A DNA stretch of 64,000 nucleotides. Origin: Hormiphora californensis. Its lineage: Eukaryota > Animalia > Ctenophora. A model generated the notes under the pieces. It ran no database searches, was not told where the DNA came from, and saw only the letters and a list, made by a program, of their open reading frames with translations. This document shows, one piece after another, positions 1 through 20,632 of the stretch; position 1 is the stretch's first letter, and the number at the start of each line of letters is the position of its first letter. A program made the translations under genes and the position numbers. The stretch is from contig CM035358.1 in NCBI GenBank assembly GCA_020137815.1, positions 3,782,001 to 3,846,000 on the forward strand, read 5' to 3'.

Positions 1-85
1 AACAACATGACTCCCACCAGGTCGAGTAACAACATGACTCCCACTGCAGGTCGAGTAACAACATGACTCCCACTGCAGGTCGAGT
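1..85 (+). repeat. Three tandem 27-29 nt units, each carrying a copy of the CAG|GT acceptor of the NOX exon
   Basis: AACAACATGACTCCCACTGCAGGTCGAGT-type units at 1-27, 28-56 and 57-85. Confidence 0.8.
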
Positions 86-1489
86 TAGCACAGTCAGCCA
101 GGGAACTAATGGAACTCACATAGTGGACACAGTACCAGAGGAACCAGCACAACCAAGTAGAACAGAAACTCCTGCAGGGACACCCAAACCACGAGAAAGG
201 TTCCTGGATATCCACATCTACCTTACATCAGCCCTCAGCAAGAAGGATTTCCGTGCAGTAGGACTTCAGGTCAGTTTATAATGATTGTTTGCAATCTTTC
301 CAGCTATAATATATTGTTGAGAACTTCTGCAGACTATAGTCTACATCCCTAATTGGGCTGTCGGGTGACGGAGGGTAGACAAATCACGTAAAGCCAATCG
401 AATAATCAATTGTTGTGTTCTCTAGTTGGCACTCCAACTAATGCGAGAAGGCAGTAAGGTGGACGCCATTACGGGGCTAAGGGCCCAGACAAACACAGGA
501 CGACCTGATTTTGAGGACTTGTTCAACAGGATCGTCCAACCCGATAACAAGAGAAAGGTACTCCTTCGATTTAGGTTTCTATCTCTGATAATCATCCTAT
601 TTTTTCACATCTTCAGCTTCCATTCTGACCACCACCACCATCTTTATTTGTTTAATTCTCGTTTAATTCTCCCACCCTGTACTTGTTCTAATCCTCCTTT
701 ACAATACTAGTAAACCCGTTCGCCCTACGGGCGAATTTCGGGGAAATGGTATTGGTAGCTGGAATAGGGAACACTGACATCATCAGTCTAACTAATGACA
801 TGCACTATCCCATCTTAAGTAACGGTACCTTAGAAGGAGCTCAGGCGGGATCGCTGCGAGTTTCTGGTTTCAGAACGTCAAATGATGATCCGGCGATCAA
901 AGTTATAAAAGAACTTACTATTTCGTCTGCTTGCAGTATTCATCTGCCTTAATCTCTGAGATTGATCATCGGTTCTGTTTAACCTCTAACGTCTTGTTCG
1001 TTCTCTCTGCACTTCTTTTGGTGATGCTGCATTTGAACCCCTCAGTGTATGGAAAAGTAGAGAATAGCGGTGAGATCTTGCGTGAATAACTCCAATTGTC
1101 GCTGTCGTATATCAAGAGTTGTTGAAGAGAGCATATAATTAGCTGGAACAGTGAAACAGACTAAAGCAAGATCAAATGCACGTGCACGTGCAGTATAACA
1201 GTAGCAACCATGCCATTGGCAACGGCTCCGACTCCTGGCCCCACTCCAATAGTACTCCACAGTTCACCTCTAGGCTCTAAACCTGCACGTGCTAAATGCC
1301 ATATAAGGTAAAAAACGTTACACTGGATTTCCCTATTTGCTTTAATAATAGTATGATTTGTGTACATTTTTCACAACATCTTATCATTGGCAGGTGACGG
1401 TATTTTTCTGTGGTTCGCCAGTGATTGAAGAAGTATTAAAGGAGCAATGTACAAAACGACAATTCAAGTTCAAAGCGGAAAAGTTCTAA
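79..1489 (+). CDS. NOX5: NADPH oxidase (NOX5/DUOX-like), last exons of the NADPH-binding domain; 5' part lies outside the window
   Basis: GT-AG exons ~79-269, 426-557 and 1394-1489 join in frame: FLDIHIYLTSALSKKDFRAVGLQ|LALQLMREGSKVDAITGLRAQTNTGRPDFEDLF...|VTVFFCGSPVIEEVLKEQCTKRQFKFKAEKF*. TGL...GRP, VFFCG and the terminal ExF are NOX C-terminal motifs. Confidence 0.85.
707..960 (-). mobile_element. Probable non-autonomous Helitron; only the 3' end is recognised and the far boundary is a guess
   Basis: The minus strand has the hairpin TTCGCCC-GTA-GGGCGAA followed 8 nt later by CTAG|T at 707, the canonical Helitron 3' terminus. It lies in a NOX intron. Confidence 0.5.
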
Positions 1490-2632
1490 AATCCCCCACC
1501 ATACCACCATCACCCCTGGAATCCAGATTAAAATTGTAGTGAAACCCGCGCCCCCACTTGGACACTAAGTACATTGTTACCAATTAAGAGTTGGACTAAT
1601 ATGGGGAGGAGTTGCTGGCGATATATAATAGAACTCTCGTATTATAATAGAACGAACAATTTTTATACACGTTCAGTGTGACAAAACTCCCGAAACAAAA
1701 GTAAACAGTGTTTTTAGTTGTTCTTTCTTCAATAAAAAACTGTAATATCTTGTTAATCTGTTACGTTTTTTAATTTCGTGACCCTTTTAGTTTCTGTAGC
1801 GAATATCTTGAGAACTAAAGAATAAAAAGAGATGGATGAACAGTTAAGAAAGAGAGGGAGAGAAATACAGAGATAGAGAAATACAGAGATATAGAGAGAT
1901 ATAGAGAGAGATAGAAATACAGAGATAGAGATAGTGTAGTTAGTAGTTTCGTTGTCAGTTGCATGCCTGGCAATAGTGTGTTCTTGTCCGAGACAAATAA
2001 AAGCGTGTGTTTGATATGTTTTCTCTTCTTTTTGAGTTTATTTTATGTGAAAGTGATATATAAATAAGAAAGATATTAACTGAGAGGAAGACGTGTGCGA
2101 ACCTCTTTTTATATTTTCCATTTCACTATAATTAGATTCTTTACGAAACAAAGATAGCCGTGTTTTGAGTTGTCAATTGGGTGCACTGATGCGATAAACT
2201 TTGTGAGAGGGCGAGAGGCTTACCTACTTGGAATCACTGTCTGGCACCGCAGACCCGATCTGACCATGTAAACTGGCGCTTGATAAGGTGTCTAAAGCGG
2301 TGCCGGATAGAAAACTCGAAGTTTACTGAAAATTTTTAAAGTGTACCCAATTGTGAATGTCAAAGTTGAAACGCAGAGGATTTTGTTGGGTTGAATAATG
2401 TACAACGGATAGAAAAGGGGATGGGGGTCAAACAATAACACACACTCACACTACAAATCAGTGATAAATAAAATAAACAATCCTCCATCTCAGTAATCAC
2501 TCTCCATCACTCTCTTAAACCTCCTTTTCAAATCACAATTATTAATTATATTGGTATTGATTTCTCGTTTCCATCACAAAATGTCCCATTCTCTCCACAA
2601 ACAGTCTCACGGAATATCTTCATTGCTCCCAT

Positions 2633-3702
2633 TCAGGTGGGTTGTTCCTGGGCTCCCTTTTCCTCTTCCTCGTTCTTGAGAAGGAGCAAGGGCCACATTC
2701 CCAGTATACACCCAATACAGATACCAATACACCGACCATAGAATACCCACCTGATAAAGTGAGTTGGTATTAGTGATTTGGAAATTGGTTCAACACTAGT
2801 TGGATAATCATTAAACAGGGTACTTCTTATATTGTCCCCTAAATGTAATCAACTTCAACTTCAAGGGGCCTAAAATGTGCCCTAAATAACCGCCACTTCT
2901 TCCCCTACCTATGTGCAATTGAAGACTCTCTCTGGACAGCAGTCAGGACACTGGACCTTCCTAGAAACTTTTTCACCGATTTCTCCACAGTTCCTGCGGT
3001 GCCTATTCCCGCCACGTCAGATATTAAGTTACCCATGGCTGCGGCAGCTAGAGTTGACAGACCTGAAGGGGAGGTAGAATGGGGTGAATAATTCGGATAA
3101 ATAGTGGGCTAGTTTATGCCTGTCTTTCGATATCGTTTTCAGTCAGAAACTAAGAGAATATAAAGGAGCTGTGTGTCATAGAACCTACCTAGAGTTGCTC
3201 CCAGTTTCAGGTCAATGTATTCCCCCGCACATAACATGATCGTATTGTCAAGGAATCCGAAACCAATGAAGGGAATCCTGTAGGAACATAAAGTCAATCA
3301 AAATGGAAAGGATCGATGCGAAATATCGGGAATAATCTTGACAAGCATTGTTTATCTATACCCTGCATATGAAGCCTCCAGTGCCAGCAACTTTCGGGTC
3401 ATACTCCCAGCCCCATTTCCATTCCCGTGCTCATTTTGGAGTGCTGCCAAAAGGTATTTCCTCTCACATCTGCTTAGTTCGTCAACAAATGTCTTTGCAG
3501 TATCTTCGTTGGTGATCTCAGGGCGCAACACTGATATACTTCTCCTGAAGAGGAGGGTAGAGGGGGGATTATCCAAACTCTAACACTGGGAAACTTTGTG
3601 GAACACCGCAAGAAAGGTCTAAACAAGCTGATTGTGTTCTTACCTGCTGTTCAGTACGAAAGAAATTCGGGGGCACTTTCTCAGAACATTCCTGCAAATC
3701 AT
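2633..3702 (-). CDS. TMEM65: Transmembrane protein 65 (mitochondrial inner membrane), 5 exons
   Basis: Exons ~3702-3643, 3545-3362, 3278-3190, 3062-2909 and 2750-2633 give MICRNVLRKCPRISF...GIPFIGFGFLDNTIMLCAGEYIDLKLGATLGLSTLAAAAMGNLISDVAGIG...IGCILGMWPL, which are TMEM65 signature motifs. Confidence 0.92.
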
Positions 3703-4088
3703 GAACTATACAGAAGGAAAATAGTTAGTAGTAATCGTCGTGTTGGGAAATAGAAAGAGGTTTCTTGGGGAATGGGGGCGAGACTGGTCGGGCAGTTGAG
3801 TCGCCTGACACTGTTTTAGAATAAAAAGAAAGTATGAAAAATTCAACCGTTGTACGGGGTTCACCGGGTTCGGTAATTGGAATCTTCAAAAGAATGCTCT
3901 TGAACTCTGCCAAGTCAAACCGGGTAGGGCGTTCCAGAATTTATTCCCACGGTCACAGAGTGCGCGCAGGTTCGCGCACACAATACACTCTCAGGGGGCA
4001 AAAACTAGCAATGGCAGATTTTCAACTTCACACACTGAAACGTCAAACGTGTAACAACCACGTACAAAACTGAGACATCTATAAATTA

Positions 4089-4751
4089 CAAAGCCACCTG
4101 CCGACGCTGTGGAGAGGACTACATTGGTGCTACCGGTAGACCCCTCTCAGAAAGGGTCAACGAACATGAGCGCAGCCAACGCCTTGGAAACACGAAGAGC
4201 GCCCTGGGACGACACCTTACTGAGGAGCACCCCGAAGCAGTGACCATGAGGAAGAGGAAGAGGGGCAGACCAGGACAGAGGGAGCGAGAGGAGAGAGAAA
4301 AGGACTTTGAGATTTTCTTTGAGAATTTTGATTTTAGAGTTGTCGGGAGAGGGAGAGACGTTCTTGAGACTTTTTTGAGGGAGAATCTGACAATTCAGCG
4401 GGAACACCCAGCTCTGAATGATTGCCAGACGAATGGTTTCGTGTTCTGATTGGTTCTGATTGGCTCATGTCACAGCCGCTAAACCCAGAGTATGATCCCA
4501 TCCGATGTCAGATTTCAGAGGTGGTGCAACCACTAATTGCTAGAAACAGTTCTGATTAGGATTCGAGTGTCAAGTGTCGGGCTATAAATGTGTGTCACTA
4601 TGAACAGTTTATTTCTTTCACTGATGAGGGCTATTTTACGCCGAAACGTCTGTTTTGCTATTGAAATTTGTTCACCTTTGTAACATCCCGAGTCTTCTAT
4701 GCCTGACCAAACTTCGAACCACGTGAGATCAATACAGGGATCATCCCCTCA
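4089..4751 (+). mobile_element. 5'-truncated Penelope-like retroelement (GIY-YIG endonuclease end plus pLTR-like region)
   Basis: Open frame 4087-4449 reads YKATCRRCGEDYIGATGRPLSERVNEH...E...HPALN. A 14-bp direct repeat ACATCTATAAATTA flanks it at 4075-4088 and 4752-4765. TATAAA is at ~4583 with a hammerhead core downstream. Confidence 0.88.
4601..4674 (+). ncRNA. Minimal type-I hammerhead ribozyme motif
   Basis: CTGATGA (4621-4627), stem II GGC...GCC, then GAAAC-GTC (4643-4650). Flanks TGAACA/TGTTCA and ATTTC/GAAAT can extend stem I. This position is typical for Penelope elements. Confidence 0.7.
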
Positions 4752-5174
4752 ACATCTATAAATTAAATTCCGATCACACCTCTCGATAATCATTCCAGAC
4801 AGATTAATTTCTCATAATCTACATCGAGCTCATTACAGTTAAATTAATAAATAATCATGTTACAAACTCTTCCACCGACTCTCCTTATCATCTCCCATTC
4901 CCTCTCACTCTCTCTTTCTCTCTCACTCTCCAACTCACATCTTCAGCATATCAAAATCTTAGGAATTCATGGCAAATTGGATATATCTTACAATCCTCGG
5001 CTGATTCTTAGAGCTACGAAACGACTGAGAATGTGAAGGATAAGAAATGGATCTTAACCTTCAGATTTCTAAAGACGTTTATAATAAGGGTAAACTAACG
5101 ACAAAATGCTCCTGGACACGCCAAACAGAATAGACGTCAGACTAAAGAGTAGTGGTCTATTCTCTCATTTTCTA

Positions 5175-5206
<32 letters not shown>

Positions 5207-5703
5207 TCCCACACATACTCTCATCCCCAAGGCTGTAGTAAGAGAGCGACACACCGGAAATGAAAGAGTTAATGTTCTCTAGTTGGTTGGTTAGATTCTT
5301 GAGGTGCTCTCATGGGAAGAAAACTCTCTCTTTCCTTCTAAAAACACATAATAAAGGCGGATTTTTTCATCCAAAAAGTCGAATTTGGTGATATTTACTA
5401 CGCACCACACGTTAACATGGGAGGCACGCAAAAAAACGAGCGCACGAGAGGGGGGGGGGTGAAAATCCGACTTTATAACAAAATATAACAACCCACACAT
5501 TTTTTTCGTTCACAGAAAAACAAAACACCTGCTGTACAAATCGAGAAACAAACAACTAGACACAAAGAGTTTTACAAACACTAAAAACACACAAAATAGG
5601 CGCACTGTAACGGTAACTAGATCTCTTCCTTTTACTCAAAAAACAAATAGAACTAAGTAGGAATCTGTTAGAAAAAGACAAAAGTACAGAAAGTAGAAGG
5701 ATG

Positions 5704-16011
<10,308 letters not shown>

Positions 16012-16210
16012 TCTCTGATTTAGGGAGAAATTTAGGAAATGATAATGTTTCAAAACACGTATATATCGTTGGTTATGGGGAAGAACGCTTCAGTAGTGGC
16101 CAGTGGGGAGAGATTGAAAGACAACAGTGAATCAAGTGAACAAAAAGAGTTAAGTACAGAAATTACACAGTCGAATTAATCCCCCTATATATTTATACTG
16201 GCTGAAAAAA

Positions 16211-16863
16211 TCAATAAAATATTCTCTTTTGAATAACATAAGCGACGGTACAGAGAAACAAAAAGAAGCACAAGTAAGTTAGAATTGTGTCTGTCATGGC
16301 TCGTTGCCCAATCTTTGTTACCAGCCGGTGAGAGCTGACAAGAACTGAAGATAAAGTCCTGTACTCTCCATCTACCTCGTCGACCTCCTGCATGATGAGG
16401 TCGCCAGATTCTTAACAGTTTCCTCTTGTTGACGTACCATTGCAGCAAGTAACTCTGTGTTACGCTTGTAACGTGTTTGTGATATCCTCAGCTACTTTTG
16501 TAACATCTTTCTTTCCTCGCTTTTTTAGCCGACCCTGAAGCCAATAATTCCTCCCTGTCTGCCTTGGCTTTCTTCTCAGTCTGGAACGTTCAGTGCTGCT
16601 CTGATCTGTTTCTGAAGAGTCCCCAAGTTCAGTCACTGTGCAGGATGATGTTGCTGACGTAGGAAGTCTTCAGCCTCCTCGGACTGCTGCTCTACAATCT
16701 TGACATTGAGTATGTTTAATTTGGATCGGATTTGTTGTATCAGGGGAAAGGGAGAGGGACCCTCAGAACCGTTATGGATCTCATCAATCTTCAGGCGAAT
16801 GTTACTCTCGTGCTGGTATATCTGGTGGAGAATCAGTCGTGCATCGTCGCTAACAACATCCAT
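16211..16863 (-). CDS. BNIP1: SEC20/BNIP1 ER SNARE, intronless; about five or more apparent 1-bp frameshifts (sequencing error or pseudogene)
   Basis: Segments in shifting frames are colinear with BNIP1: ARLILHQIYQHESNIRLKIDEI; TLQKQIRAAL; KADREELLASG; KDVTKVAEDITNTLQ; LLAAMVRQQEETVKNLATSS; EYRTLSSVLVSSHRLVTKIGQRAMTDTILTYLCFFLFLCTVAYVIQKRIFY* (Sec20 SNARE plus tail anchor). Confidence 0.82.
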
Positions 16864-16921
16864 CACAGATCAGATCATTATAACTGATATAAAAGGGATT
16901 TAATTAGTGTTGATTTAATAA

Positions 16922-16986
16922 AACAAATAAAATCCATATAACTATTAAATCAACTTGATTTAATAGTTATATGGATTTTATTTGTT
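16922..16986. repeat. Perfect 32-bp inverted repeat with a 1-nt spacer
   Basis: AACAAATAAAATCCATATAACTATTAAATCAA-C-TTGATTTAATAGTTATATGGATTTTATTTGTT. Confidence 0.92.
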
Positions 16987-17074
16987 GATTTTGGTAAAGA
17001 AAACACATGGAGATTGTAACTTTAAATAAGGTTGATATAAAAGTAATAAATTAAGTTACAAAACTACTCAGTCA

Positions 17075-17335
17075 TCATTCCGACACCACACAACATTTTC
17101 TTGCCCCAATATTGTAAAAGCTCAAGCCCCAATCCGCGACTAGAGACGAACACAGACCGGTGATGCTCATATTCGCCTCCTCGCACTCTTCCATTTCTCC
17201 CAGGAGCTGAGCCACACTGGCGGGCAGAGTCTCCCCAATCATGGCGGATAGTCCCCCAGGCAGGACGGTAGAGGTGGGTTGTTTGTGGGACAAACTGACT
17301 GCTATCGCAGAATATTTCATGGTGTTGTTCACACT
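17075..17335 (-). pseudogene. 5'-truncated second copy of ORF102
   Basis: Shares NNTMKYSAIAVSLSHKQP...LVADWG but lacks the N-terminus and acceptor; has a different C-terminus, LSFYNIGARKCCVVSE. Confidence 0.55.
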
Positions 17336-17591
17336 GATAAGCAACAAACAATGAGTTTTCAAAGACTTAAATACAAAACAGGATACAAACAGCTAAAAAA
17401 CATTTCAATTTCATTGTCACTTCTCTCCCTTCTCTCCGTTTAGTTTCTCGTCTGTTTCCTCGAACACCTTCTTCTGCATCTCTGCTATCTCATTATATAT
17501 GGATTTTATTTGTTGATTTTGGTAAAGAAAACACTTGGATATTGTAACTTTAAATAAGGTTGATATAAAAGTAATAAATTAAGTTACAAAA

Positions 17592-17900
17592 CTACTCAGT
17601 CATCATTCCGACACCACACAACATTTTCTTGCCCCAATCAGCGACTAGAGTCGAACACAGACCAGTGATGCTCATATTCGCCTCCTCGCACTCTTCCATC
17701 TCTCCCAGGAGCTGAACCACACTGGCAGGCAGAGTCTCCCCGATCATGGCCGATAGTCCCCCTGGCAGGACGGTAGAGGTGGGTTGTTTATGGGACAAAC
17801 TGACTGCTATCGCAGAATATTTCATGGTGTTGTTCACCACACGGCGGGACAGTTGCCGGCCAGTTGTAGTGGCAGCACGACGGAACGCCCCACTATACAT
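17592..17900 (-). CDS. Unknown 102-aa protein (ORF102) with a mitochondrial-presequence-like N-terminus
   Basis: MYSGAFRRAATTTGRQLSRRVV is Arg-rich with no acidic residues. The ATG is preceded by CTAAC-CTCCCTCTCTCTAG|AC. The duplicate copy keeps nearly the same protein despite substitutions. Confidence 0.6.
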   Translation of the reverse strand: MYSGAFRRAATTTGRQLSRRVVNNTMKYSAIAVSLSHKQPTSTVLPGGLSAMIGETLPASVVQLLGEMEECEEANMSITGLCSTLVADWGKKMLCGVGMMTE

Positions 17901-18037
17901 GTCTAGAGAGAGGGAGGTTAGAAAGTGGATTAGTTGTGTGAAATAAGATTAAACACTGATAAGCAACAAACAATGAGTTTTCAAAGACTTAAATACAAAA
18001 CAGGATACAAACAGCTAAAAAACATTTCAATTTCATG

Positions 18038-18748
18038 TCACTTCTCTCCCTTCTCTCCGTTTAGTTTCTCGTCTGTTTCCTCGAACACCTTCTTCTGCAT
18101 CTTTGCTATCTCATCATCCACCGCCTCAACGGACAGAACCTCCGGAACATAAAACTGCATCATGTTCTCAATACCATTCTTGAGCGTTACTGAAGAACTG
18201 GGACAGCCAGAACAGGATCCTTGGAGGGCAAGTTTTACAATACCATCCTCAAAACTGACGAACCGGATATCACCTCCATCCTCCTGAACAGTCGGTCTGA
18301 TTCGGGTATCCAGTAGCTCCTTGATCATGATTGTAGTTTCATCGTCGTCAGCATTGATAATAGTGTCACTTGATCCAAGGGAAGCATCATCCAAAATAAC
18401 AGGCTGGTTACTGGCGAAGAAATCCATCAGACAGGCGAAAATGTCTGGCTTCAGTAAGTTCCATGCCTGGTCATTGTCGTCCTTAGTTACACTGATAAAA
18501 TCAGTTGCAATGAAAACCCTGGTAACTCCATCAATTCTAAAAAGTTGTCGCGCCAAAGGGGACACTCTACTGCTTTCAATGGAGTTGAAATCGTAAGTTC
18601 CGATGTGATCTAGGACCTGTATTCCCGGTACAAATTTGAGACTGTTCGGGTTTGGAGTAGTTTGCGTCTGTATGAACATATTTCGGACGGGTTGGATGGC
18701 CCATGGTTGTCTGGCTGACTTTTGGAACAGTCGTAGAACACTTCTCAT
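18038..18748 (-). CDS. NFU1: NFU1 iron-sulfur cluster scaffold, mitochondrial, intronless
   Basis: [74 protein letters not shown] (CxxC). Confidence 0.97.
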   Translation of the reverse strand: MRSVLRLFQKSARQPWAIQPVRNMFIQTQTTPNPNSLKFVPGIQVLDHIGTYDFNSIESSRVSPLARQLFRIDGVTRVFIATDFISVTKDDNDQAWNLLKPDIFACLMDFFASNQPVILDDASLGSSDTIINADDDETTIMIKELLDTRIRPTVQEDGGDIRFVSFEDGIVKLALQGSCSGCPSSSVTLKNGIENMMQFYVPEVLSVEAVDDEIAKMQKKVFEETDEKLNGEKGEK

Positions 18749-18752
18749 CACT

Positions 18753-19635
18753 AGGGATCCCTAAAAAAGTTCAGTATTTACACAGAGTTTACACAGTCTT
18801 TACTCAGTCGTTACACCCAGAGCGGCGCGTGCTGCGCACAGTGGCTTTTTCCAAGAAAATATTGGATTGTGTGCTGCACAATTGACAAAATTGAGCGCTG
18901 CGGCGAAAAAAGTTTCCGAAAACGCTGCAAATCGAGTGCGAAAGACGCAGTCGTTACACCCAGAGCGGCGCGGGCGCTCTGGGTTAGGGTTATCTATTTG
19001 TGCAACGAAAGTCATACTGGAATGTTCGGGCGTCCAGCATGATGACCAGGGGACTTAAGGGGTTCAGAGAATCACTTGCGCGTAGGCAGCAACCCTGTGG
19101 GCGAGCCGTACGGGCCGATAGTTATACTCCATTTTTTTTCAACTGTTCACCCCCCAAAGTCGTGCGCGGAATTGTTTTGCGCGTTTATCACATGTTAACG
19201 TGTAGCGCGCGCCACCCAAATTCTAATTTTTATTAAATTTCAGTTTTTGGGTGAACAGTTGAAAAAAAATGGACTTTAATAATAGTTTTTTAAAGTTTTT
19301 AAAAGTTAATAAAAGTTAAAAATGCGCGGCACCCTGAAAAGCCGAAAAAAATTAACTTTTTCAGGGTTCCGCGCATTTTTAACTATTTATAACTTTTATT
19401 AACTTTTAAAAACTTTAAAAAACTATTATTAACTATCGGCCCGTACGGCTCGCCCACAGGGTTGCTGCCTGCGCGCATATGATTCTCTGAATCCATTTAG
19501 ACCCCCGGTCCTCATGCTGGACGCCCGAAGTCTCGAAAAGCCAATTCCAAAGATCGATAACCCTACTCTGGGTGTAACGACTGAGTAAAGACTGTGTAAA
19601 CTCTGTGTAAATACTGAACTTTTTTAGGGATCCCT
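18753..19635. mobile_element. ~880-bp non-autonomous TIR element with nested internal inverted repeats
   Basis: ~70-bp TIRs AGGGATCCCTAAAAAAGTTCAGTATTTACACAGAG.... Further IR pairs at ~19028-19125/19430-19527, ~19128-19152/19248-19273 and ~19277-19345/19357-19432. CT flanks both ends. Confidence 0.88.
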
Positions 19636-19855
19636 CTAAACAGTGGCAGTTTGTGACACAGGACCGGTGAAAGAGGGTGAAAACGAAACGAAAAGTCACA
19701 AAAATCACAAACTTTGGGAAGAATTTTTTTGTTTTTTGTTTCAAAACCTGGTAAAGTGCGATGCTTTGGCAGTAACGCGCGAACATTTTGGTTATTGCGA
19801 CGCGCGCGTAGTTTTTCATCACAGAAATAAAATTGCGAAGTTCAAAAATTCAGAT

Positions 19856-20025
19856 TGGCAAACGTTGCTGGCCCCCTGTTCTGCGCCACGCGCAGCGCGG
19901 GATAAGGCAGCGCTTTTCAAAAATTCAGATTTCTCTTTTGAAAATTTCGAATTTTTTTAATTTCTAATTTTCTGTTGAAAAGCGCTGCCTTATCCCGCGC
20001 TGCGGGGGCCAGCAACGTTTGCCAA
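19856..20025. mobile_element. Small palindromic MITE
   Basis: TTGGCAAACGTTGCTGGCCCC...GCAGCGCGGGATAAGGCAGCGCTTTTCAA and its inverse. Confidence 0.75.
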
Positions 20026-20632
20026 AATTTTCTGCCTCTTGGTGTGTCTTGGTGTGTCTTGACGCCCCTGCAGCCAGTTATTTACATCCCTATTCCCTTC
20101 ACATTTCAAAATAATGATTTTATTGCAAACATCGATGTTTTAAGTCAAATATTGCTCTAAAACTAGAAATCGCCAATTGTCAACGGTTTTTGCTTTTGCC
20201 AAGGCGGTGCCACCGTTAACACCCGTTGTTTACAGCTTAGGAGATGTCACAGTTGGTTCAAACAATATTGGCTATTTATTTTCAGTTTTATTTTCCAAAC
20301 GTCACACCACAATATTGCTGCTAAGAGAGAAACACAAGTTAGAATTTTCAATTTAAACACAAAAAACTCTCCAAATTCCGAGGTTAAACTTAAGGGTACA
20401 CCTCGGCAAAATTTTTGTCGAGTGCCCGCTTAGCTCTCCATATGGGGTTGTAGGGCATACCAAGCCGACCTCAAATATGCAATTTTAGCCCTTAACTCGA
20501 ATTCATATTTTTGCTACAGCCCCTCAAAGTTTGACCCTAAAAACAGGTTTTTAAGGTCCCTAAATTTTATTTTTAGGGCTAGAAAGCTGAAAATTTAGGG
20601 ATTCATAGAGGATACCAAGGTGTATAGCTCAA

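Larger units (their letters stand above)
16968..18113. repeat. Diverged tandem duplication (~16968-17492 vs ~17496-18113) covering ORF102 and the NFU1 3' end
   Basis: The copies are colinear with scattered substitutions. The left copy lacks ~115 nt (ATG plus acceptor). The right copy lacks ~23 nt between TTGGGG microhomologies. Confidence 0.88.

Noticed and set aside
3618-3642. Apparent 25-nt micro-intron in TMEM65
   Set aside because: Using it leads to a stop codon, whereas the ~97-nt intron to 3546 keeps the frame.
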